From Eledone cirrhosa (taxonomy: Eukaryota): a stretch of 64,000 nucleotides of DNA. The notes beneath the pieces are model-generated. The model was not told where the DNA came from. It saw only the letters and a list, made by a program, of their open reading frames with translations, and did no database searches. The stretch spans positions 15,810,001 through 15,874,000 of the forward strand of contig OZ024746.1 of the NCBI GenBank assembly GCA_964016885.1. Reading direction: 5' to 3'. The stretch's first letter is position 1. Every line of letters begins with the position of its first letter. The translations under genes and the position numbers were made by a program. This document shows positions 50,680 to 64,000 of the stretch, piece by piece.

Positions 50680-50882
50680 GCTTTACAGTGGATTGGATGC
50701 TTTTTGTTATGTCACCTACACAACCATTTTACAGTGGATTGGGTGCTTTTTGTTATGTCACCTACACAACCATTTTACAGTGGATTGGGTGCTTTTTGTT
50801 ATGTCACCTACACGACCATTTTACAGGTGTGGGCTGGGTACTTTTTCTCATCACACCTACATGACCACTTTACAATGTGGAC
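50680..50882 (-). repeat. 46-bp tandem repeat derived from an RTE 3' UTR
   Basis: TTTACAGTGGATTGGGTGCTTTTTGTTATGTCACCTACACAACCAT, three to four copies. Confidence 0.75.
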
Positions 50883-51384
50883 TACAGAGGTGTGTGGGGA
50901 TTGGGGAGGTAGATCTTGGGACGTGTGTGAGGGGTGGAATGTTAGGATGTGGGTGGAGTGTTAGAACGTGGGAAGTGAATGTACATTAGCCCTTTTTTTT
51001 CTAAAGTTAACAGCTTCAACGTGGGTTTATTGACTCTGAAACATAGTCTAATAAGTGGGACAAATATACCCCTAGAGATGGAAAAAAGTGGATAAGACCA
51101 CTCATGAGATTCCAACCCATGAGACTTGAATTAACCTAAGTAAACCTTAAGTAAAGTCATTTGCTTAAGATGCCACAGTATAGGATTGAACCCAGGACAT
51201 CATGGCTGTGAAGTAAACATGTGGACCTCTCAGCCGTGATGATGTCCATATTTATATAATACAGTTTACACAACCAACACAAACCAGGTTCCACTTAAAT
51301 CATAAAAATAAATGCAGCTTCAACAAAAATCCACGCCACCTATGTTTAGTACACATGGGAAAATACATGTAGAACAGTAAGACA

Positions 51385-54185
<2,801 letters not shown>

Positions 54186-54300
54186 AGATGTTTGGATGAG
54201 AGGGGGGGGGGGGTGTGGCTGTTGAGGGCAATGTCCATATGTTATTGCAGTCTGATTAAAAAATATAAAAAAAACTTTTGAAGTTTTAAAACTATTTTCT

Positions 54301-57212
54301 CATGTGTACATGTATGTATATATACATGTGTACATGTATGTATATATACATGTGTACATGTATGTATATATACATGTGTACATATATGCATATATACATG
54401 TGTACATGTATGTATATATATGTGTGTATGTGTACATGTATGTATATATACATGTGTACATGTATGTATATATACATGTGTACATATATGCATATATACA
54501 TGTGTACATGTATGTATATATACATGTGTACATATATGCATATATACATGTGTACATGTATGTATATATATGTGTGTATGTGTACATGTATGTATATATA
54601 CATGTGTACATGTATGTATATATACATGTGTACATATATGCATATATACATGTGTACATGTATGTATATATATGTGTGTATGTGTACATGTATGTATATA
54701 TACATGTGTACATGTATGTATATATACATGTGTACATATATGCATATATACATGTGTACATGTATGTATATATATGTGTGTATGTGTACATGTATGCATA
54801 TATACATGTGTACATGTATGTATATATACATGTGTACATATAAGCATATATACATGTGTACATGTATGTATATATACATGTGTACATATATGCATATATA
54901 CATGTGTACATGTATGTATATATATGTGTGTATGTGTACATGTATGTATATATACATGTGTACATGTATGTATATATACATGTGTACATATATGCATATA
55001 TACATGTGTACATGTATGTATATATATGTGTGTATGTGTACATGTATGTATATATACATGTGTACATGTATGTATATATACATGTGTACATATATGCATA
55101 TATACATGTGTACATGTATGTATATATATGTGTGTATGTGTACATGTATGTATATATACATGTGTACATGTATGTATATATACATGTGTACATATATGCA
55201 TATATACATGTGTACATGTATGTATATATATGTGTGTATGTGTACATGTATGTATATATACATGTGTACATGTATATATATATACATGTGTACATATATG
55301 CATATATACATGTGTACATGTATGTATATATATGTGTGTATGTGTACATATATGTATATATACATGTGTACATGTATGTATATATACATGTGTACATATA
55401 TGCATATATACATGTGTACATGTATGTATATATACATGTGTACATATATGCATATATACATGTGTACATGTATGTATATATATGTGTGTATGTGTACATG
55501 TATGTATATATACATGTGTACATGTATGTATATATACATGTGTACATATATGCATATATACATGTGTACATGTATGTATATATATGTGTGTATGTGTACA
55601 TGTATGTATATATACATGTGTACATGTATGTATATATACATGTGTACATATATGCATATATACATGTGTACATGTATGTATATATATGTGTGTATGTGTA
55701 CATGTATGTATATATACATGTGTACATGTATGTATATATACATGTGTACATATATGCATATATACATGTGTACATGTATGTATATATATGTGTGTATGTG
55801 TACATGTATGTATATATACATGTGTACATGTATGTATATATACATGTGTACATATATGCATATATACATGTGTACATGTATGTATATATATGTGTGTATG
55901 TGTACATGTATGTATATATACATGTGTACATGTATGTATATATACATGTGTACATATATGCATATATACATGTGTACATGTATGTATATATATGTGTGTA
56001 TGTGTACATGTATGTATATATACATGTGTACATGTATGTATATATACATGTGTACATATATGCATATATACATGTGTACATGTATGTATATATATGTGTG
56101 TATATGTACATGTATGTATATATACATGTGTACATGTATGTATATATACATGTGTACATATATGCATATATACATGTGTGCATGTATGTATATATATGTG
56201 TGTATGTGTACATGTATGTATATATACATGTGTACATGTATGTATATATACATGTGTACATATATGCATATATACATGTGTACATGTATGTATATATATG
56301 TGTGTATGTGTACATGTATGTATATATACATGTGTACATGTATGCATATATACATGTGTGCATATATGCATATATACATGTGTACATGTATGTATATATA
56401 TATGTGTGTATGTGTACATGTATGTATATATACATGTGTACATGTATGTATATATACATGTGTACATGTATGCATATATACATGTGTGCATGTATGTATA
56501 TATATGTGTGTATGTGTACATGTATGTATATATACATGTGTACATGTATGTATATATACATGTGTATATATATGCATATATACATGTGTACATGTATGTA
56601 TATATATGTGTGTATGTGTACATGTATGTATATATACATGTGTACATGTATGTATATATACATGTGTGCATATATGCATATATACATGTGTACATGTATG
56701 TATATATACATGTGTACATGTATGTATATAGACATGTGTACATGTATGTATATACATGTATGTATGTGTACATGTATGTATATACATGTATGTATGTGTA
56801 CATGTCTGTATATATATATGTGTGTATACATGTATATATATATACATGTGTACAAGTATGTCTATATACATGTGTACATGTATGTGTATATACATGTGTA
56901 CATGTATGTATATATACATGTGTACATGTGTGTATATATATACATGTGTACATGTATGTATATATACACGTGTACATGTTTCTGTATATACATGTGTACA
57001 TGTATGTATCTATACATGTGTACATGTATGTATATATATGTGTGTGTACATGTATGTATATATGCATGTGTACATGTTTCTGTATATACATGTGTACATG
57101 TATATGCATCTGTGTATATTTGTATATATATACATGTGTACATGTATATGCATCTGTGTATGTATGTATATATATACATGTGTACATGTATATGTTATAT
57201 ACATGTGTGTAT
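54301..57212. repeat. 24-bp satellite CATGTGTACATRTATGYATATATA with a 102-bp higher-order unit
   Basis: The TGTGTG insert recurs at 54571, 54673 and 54775 (period 102 = 4x24+6). Confidence 0.95.
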
Positions 57213-57363
57213 ATGAAGTGGGTCACTACATGTGATGTTTAAATATATAATTGTGAGAAATCTCAAACAGGGAAACTCAGAGAATTAAAACTGTGAATCA
57301 TTAGTTTTACTGTGGAGGGAATCATTTCTTGATTTGTTGACAACTTAAGCTGACATTTACATT

Positions 57364-58383
57364 CATTGTCATCATTGTCATTGTCATTGTCATCATTGTC
57401 ATTGTCATTGTCATTGTCATCATTGTCATTGTCATTGTCATTGTCATCATTGTCATTGTCATTGTCATTGTCATCATTGTCATTGTCATTGTCATCATTG
57501 TCATTGTCATCATTGTCATCATTGTCATTGTCATCATTGTCATTGTCATCATTGTCATCACTGTCATCATTGTCATTGTCATCATTGTCATTGTCATCAT
57601 TGTCATCACTGTCATCATTGTCATTGTCATCATTGTCATCATTGTCATCATTGTCATCATTGTCATTGTCATCATTGTCATCAACGTCATCATTGTCATT
57701 GTCATCATTGTCATTGTCATCATTGTCATCACTGTCATCATTGTCATTGTCATCATTGTCATTGTCATCATTGTCATCACTGTCATCATTGTCATTGTCA
57801 TCATTGTCATTGTCATCATTGTCATCATTGTCATCATTGTCATCATTGTCATCATTGTCATTGTCATCATTATCATTGTCATTGTCATCATTGTCATTGT
57901 CATCATTGTCATTGTCATCATTGTCATCACTGTCATCATTGTCATTGTCATCATTGTCATTGTCATCATTGTCATCACTGTCATCATTGTCATTGTCATC
58001 ATTGTCATTGTCATCATTGTCATCATTGTCATCATTGTCATCATTGTCATCATTGTCATTGTCATCATTATCATTGTCATTGTCATCATTGTCATTGTCA
58101 TCATTATCATTGTCATTGTCATCATTGTCATCAACGTCATCATTGTCATCATTGTCATCATTGTCATTGTCATCATTGTTGTCATTGTCATCATTATCAT
58201 TGTCATCATTGTCATCATCATCATTGTCATCATTGTCATCATTGTCATCATCATTATCATTGTCATCATTGTCATCATTATCATTGTCATCATCATCATC
58301 ATTCTCATCATTGTCATCATTGTCATCATTGTCATCATCATCATTGTCATCATTGTCATCATTGTCATCATTGTCATCATTGA

Positions 58384-58421
<38 letters not shown>
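57364..58421 (+). repeat. (TCATTG)/(TCATCATTG)n compound microsatellite
   Basis: Directly visible; it grades into (CAT)n. Confidence 0.95.
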
Positions 58422-58422
<1 letters not shown>

Positions 58423-58683
58423 ATTGCTTGTGTATATGTATGAAGTAGAAATGTTTTATTTTCTCCCATTCATCATCATCATCATCATCATCATTTAACA
58501 TCCACTTTCCCTGCTAGTAAGGGTTGGACTACATAGACCAAGTCAACTAAAGCTGGGCTGGTCACAACTAAAGCTAAACTACTGACCTCCAAACCAGACC
58601 CAGGGGTCAGCATCCTGATTATGCACTCTTAAAAAAAAGATAAATAAGACACAAAATAACAACCTCTACCCTCAAGACTGAGA

Positions 58684-58910
58684 TAAGCCTTTAGTATTTA
58701 CATTACTCTCTATATACTATTGTATTTTACTGTAAAGGCTTTATCTTACATAATTATTGCACATAATATCAAATCTATGAGATTTTGATATCATATATTT
58801 TGAGAAAAATACCTTAACATAAGTATGAGTGGCTGGTTAAAGCCAGTTTGAACAGAAAGAGGTGAGAGAATTCTGGCTGGATGTGGCCGGTTTGAATGCT
58901 AAAGGGTTAA
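58684..58910. mobile_element. Uninterrupted copy of the TTAA MITE
   Basis: CCTTTAGTATTTA ... TGAATGCTAAAGGGTTAA; reverse-complement homologue of 601-1004. Confidence 0.7.
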
Positions 58911-59127
58911 GGGAATTATAAATTTAGTCATTGTGGCATCATGTTTAACAATGATTATATTTCATACCTGTTGATGAATAAATGGAGCTATAATAAATTA
59001 TGACTCAAAATTATAAATATTAATAGTTCATATGATGAGGCTTCAGTATCAACAATGAAAATAATACATGTAGGAAAGATGACTGTTGCCAATAAGGAGG
59101 GAAGACAGCTTCTTATGAATTTATTAA

Positions 59128-61422
59128 TGTTATATCATCATAATATAACATAGTTTACTTTGTTATATCAACAATATAACATAGTTTACTGTGTTATATC
59201 AACAATATACCATAGTTTACTGTGTTATATCAACAATATACCATAGTTTGCTGTGTTATATCAACAATATACCATAGTATATTGTGTTATATCAACAATA
59301 TACCATGTATACTGTGTTATATCAACAATATACCATAGTTTGCTGTGTTATATCAACAATATAACATAGTTTACTGTGTTATATCAACAATATACCATAG
59401 TTTGCTGTGTTATATCAACAATATACCATAGTATACTGTGTTATATCAACAATATACCATAGTATACTGTGTTATATCAACAATATACCATAGTTTGCTG
59501 TGTTATATCAACAATATACCAGAGTATACTGTGTTATATCAACAATATACCATAGTTTACTGTGTTATATCAACAATATACCATAGTTTGCTGTGTTATA
59601 TCAACAATATACCATAGTTTACTGTGTTATATCAACAATATACCATAGTTTACTGTGTTATAACATCAATATAACATAGTTTACTGTGTTATATCAACAA
59701 TATAACATAGTTTACTGTGTTATATCAACAATATACCATAGTTTACTGTGTTAAATCAACAATATACCATAGTTTACTGTGTTATATCAACAATATACCA
59801 TAGTTTACTGTGGCATATCAACAATATACCATAGTATACTGTGTTATATCAACAATATACCATAGTTTACTGTGTTATATCAACAATGTACCATAGTTTA
59901 GTATTATATCAACCATATACCATATTTTACTGTGTTGTATCAACAATATAATATAGTTTACTGTGTTATATCAACAATATACCATAGTTTACTGTGTTGT
60001 ATCAACAATATACCATAGTTTACTGTGTTATATCAACAATATACCATAGTATACTGTGTTATATCATCAATATACCATAGTTTACTGTGTTATATCAACA
60101 ATATACCATAGTTTACTGTGTTATAACATCAATATAACATAGTTTACTGTGTTATATCAACAATATACCATAGTTTACTGTGTTATATCAACAATATACC
60201 ATAGTTTGCTGTGTTATATCAAGAATATACCATAGTTTAATGTGTTATATCAACAATATACCATAGTTTACTGTGTTATAACATCAATATAACATAGTTT
60301 ACTGTGTTATATCAACAATATAACATAGTTTACTGTGTTATATCAACAATATATCATAGTTTACTGTGTTAAATCAACAATATACCATAGTTTACTGTGT
60401 TATATCAACAATATACCATAATTTACTGTGTTATATCAACAATATACCATAGTATACTGTGTTATATCAACAATATACCATAGTTTACTGTGTTATATCA
60501 AAATGTACCATAGTTTAGTATTATATCAACAATATACCATAGTTTACTGTGTTGTATCAACAATATAATATAGTTTACTGTGTTATATCAACAATATACT
60601 ATAGTTTACTGTGTTATATCAACAATATACCATAGTTTACTGTGTTGTATCAACAATATACCATAGTTTACTGTGTTGTATCAACAATATACCATAGTTT
60701 GCAGTGTTATATCAACAATGTACCATAGTTTAGTATTATATCAACAATATACCATAGTTTACTGTGTTGTATCAACAATATACCATAGTTTGCAGTGTTA
60801 TATCAACAATATACCATAGTTTACTGTGTTGTATCAACAATATACCATAGTTTACTGTGTTATATCAGCAATATACCATAATTTACTGTGTTATATCAAC
60901 AATGTACCATAGTTTAGTATTATATCAACAATATACCATAGTTTACTGTGTTGTATCAACAATATACCATAGTTTGCAGTGTTATATCAACAATATACCA
61001 TAGTTTACTGTGTTGTATCAACAATATACCATAGTTTACTGTGTTATATCAGCAATATACCATAATTTACTGTGTTATATCAACAATGTACCATAGTTTA
61101 GTATTATATCAACAATATACCATAGTTTACTGTGTCGTATCAACAATATAATATAGTTTACTGTGTTATATCAACAATATACTATAGTTTGCTATGTTAT
61201 ATCAACAATATACCATAGTTTACTGTGTTGTAGCAACAATATACCATAGTTTACTCTGTTATATCAACAATATAATATAGTTTACTGCATTATATCAACA
61301 ATATACCACAGTTTACTGTGTTATATCAACAATATACCATACTTTACTGCGTTATATCAACAATATACCATAGTTTACTGCTTTATATCAACAATATACC
61401 ATAGTTTACTGTGTTATATCAT
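59128..61422 (+). repeat. 31-bp satellite TGTGTTATATCAACAATATACCATAGTTTAC
   Basis: About 70 tandem units. Confidence 0.97.
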
Positions 61423-61849
61423 CAACGTCAGTATATTACTTCTGTTTTCTGGGTTGGCCTGCATTGTCATGGTCTTAGATCAGAAGATCTGGGTGAGCCA
61501 TTCATTACCATATATGGTATAGTTTGTATGGCTATAAGTCCTTCCTAACACCAACTACCTCAGTTGTGTTCCTCCCATATGAACATTTAGTTATATAGCT
61601 TTTGTTCAGGTCATAGCTCTGAATTTGGCAACATGGGTTGGGAAGTCTATTGATATCAGTGTCTGGGGAGGGGGGTATCTGTCAGGATAGATGGATTGGT
61701 GAGGGCGGTGTCTGGGGTTGGGACACAGGTGTCATGAGGGTGAATGGTTTGGTGTGCTTCGAAGTGTCTGAGGGTAATGTTTTCTTAAAAATATGAATTG
61801 TCGATATTTATGTATTTTTTAATAAATCTACCCTTAAAACAATACCCAG

Positions 61850-64000
61850 TATATATTACACTATACCCTGATCTACCCTCAAAGTACCACACTATACACT
61901 AGACCCGAATCTGCTCCCCGGTTACCAAGGTACCATCCACATAATAACACATTATATACCAGCTGATCTACCCCCAAGTTACCAAGGTAGCCCTAACATA
62001 TCAACACACTATACCCTAAACTAGGCCCAGGTTAACAAGGTACCCCTCACATATCAACACACTATACCCTAAACTACTCCCAGGTTACCAAGGTACCCCT
62101 CACATATCAACACACTATACCCTAAACTACCCCCAAGTTACCAAGGTACCCCTCACATATCAACACACTATATACTATACAGTAAACTACCCCAAAGTTA
62201 CCTAGGTACCCCTCACATATCAACACACAATACCCTAAACACTAAGCTACACCCAAGTTACCAAGGTACCCCTCACATATCAACACACTATACCCTAAAC
62301 TACCCCCAAGTTACCAAGGTACCCCTCACATATCAACACACTATATACTATACCCTAAACTACCCCAAGTTACCAAGGTACCCCTCACATATCAACAAAC
62401 TATATACTATACCCTAAACTACCCCCAAGTTACCAAGGTACCCCTCACATATCAACACACTATACCCTAAACTACCCCCAAGTTACCAAGGTACCCCTCA
62501 CATATCAACACACTATATACTATACCCTAAACTACCCCCAAGTTACCAAGGTACCACCCACATATCAACACATTATATACTATACCCTAAACTACCCCAA
62601 AGTTACCAAGATATCAACACACTATATACTATACCCTAAACTACCCCCAAGTTTCCAAGGTACCCCTCACATATCGACACACTATATACTATACCCTAAA
62701 CTACCCCCAAGTTACCAAGATACCCCTCACATATCAACACACTATATACTATATCCTAAACTACCCCCAAGTTACCAAGTTACGACTCACATATCAACAC
62801 ACTATATACTATACCCTAAACTACCCCCAAGTTACCAAGGTACCACCCACATATCAACACAGTATATACTATACACTAAACTACCCCCAGGTTACCAAGG
62901 TACAGCTCACATATCAACACACTATATACTATACCCTAAACTACCCCCAAGTTACCAAGGTACCACCCACATATCAACACAGTATATACTATACCCTGAA
63001 CTACCCCCAAGTTTCCAAGGTACCCCTCACATATCAACACACTATATACTATACCCTAAACTACCCCCAAGTTACCAAGATACCCCTCACATATCAACAC
63101 ACTATATACTATATCCTAAACTACCCCCAAGTTACGAAGTTAACACCCACATATCAACACACTATATACTATACACTAAACTACCCCCAGGTTACCAAGG
63201 TACAGCTCACATATCAACACACTATATACTATACCCTAAACTAGCCCCAAGTTACCTAGGTACCCCTCACATATCAACACACTATATACTATACCCTAAA
63301 CTACCACCAAGTTACCTAGGTACCCGTCACATATCAACACACTATATACTATACCCTAAACTACCCCCAAGTTACCTAGGTACCCCTCACATATCAACAC
63401 ACTATATACTATACCCTAGACTACCCCCAAGTTACCAAGATACCCCTCACATATCAACACACTATATACTATACCCTAAACTACCCCCAAGTTACCAAGG
63501 TACCACCCACATATCAACACACTATATACTATACCCTAAACTACCCCCAAGTTACCAAGGTACCCGTCACATATCAACACACTATATACTATACCCTAAA
63601 CTATCCCCAGGTTACCAAGATACCCCTCACATATCAACACATTATATACTATACCCTAAACTACCCCCAAGTACCCAAGGTACCACCCACATATCAACAC
63701 ACTATATACTATACCCTAAACTACCCCCAAGTTACCAAGATACCCCTCACATATCAACACACTATATACTATATCCTAAACTACCCCCAAGTTACCAAGG
63801 TACCACCCACATATCAACACATTATATACTATACCCTAAACTACCCCCAAGTTATCAAGGTACCCCTCACATATCAACACACTATATACTATACCCTAAA
63901 CTACCCCCAGGTTACCAAGGTACCACCCACATATCAACACACTATATACTATACACTAAACTACCTCCAAGTTACCTAGGTACCACCCACATATCAACAC
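61850..64000 (+). repeat. 53/60-bp satellite CTACCCCCAAGTTACCAAGGTACCCCTCACATATCAACACAC(TATATAC)TATACCCTAAA, continuing past the window end
   Basis: Exact 60-bp periodicity from 62641. Mixed 53- and 60-bp units occur upstream. Confidence 0.97.

Noticed and set aside
62000-64000. CCCTAAA as a telomeric repeat
   Set aside because: It occurs once per 60-bp unit and not in tandem, and molluscan telomeres are generally TTAGGG.

Overview
Eukaryotic, AT-rich, almost entirely repetitive DNA. The SINE/RTE families and the dense (TA)n, (GAT)n and (CA)n tracts suggest an octopod cephalopod genome (inference). I can support no host protein-coding exon; the long ORFs in the track are artefacts of micro- and minisatellites. 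Recognisable content: a 12.9-kb 33/36-bp satellite, 24/102-bp, 31-bp and 53/60-bp satellites, RTE-clade LINE fragments, a fragment of a restriction-like-endonuclease (CRE-like) retrotransposon, two tRNA-derived SINE families, a mariner MITE and TTAA-flanked MITEs. The main unexpected signal is a set of short non-coding inserts within (TA)n microsatellites. Several sequence-unrelated families of these carry type I hammerhead ribozyme folds (CTGAnGA...GAAAC-palindrome-GTH) with long stem II extensions. They occur as head-to-head inverted duplications or as a terminally redundant 555-bp monomer, the architecture expected of Penelope-like pseudo-LTRs or retrozyme-like circular-RNA elements. One hammerhead is fused directly to the CRE-like endonuclease fragment. 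All folds were paired by eye and are untested.
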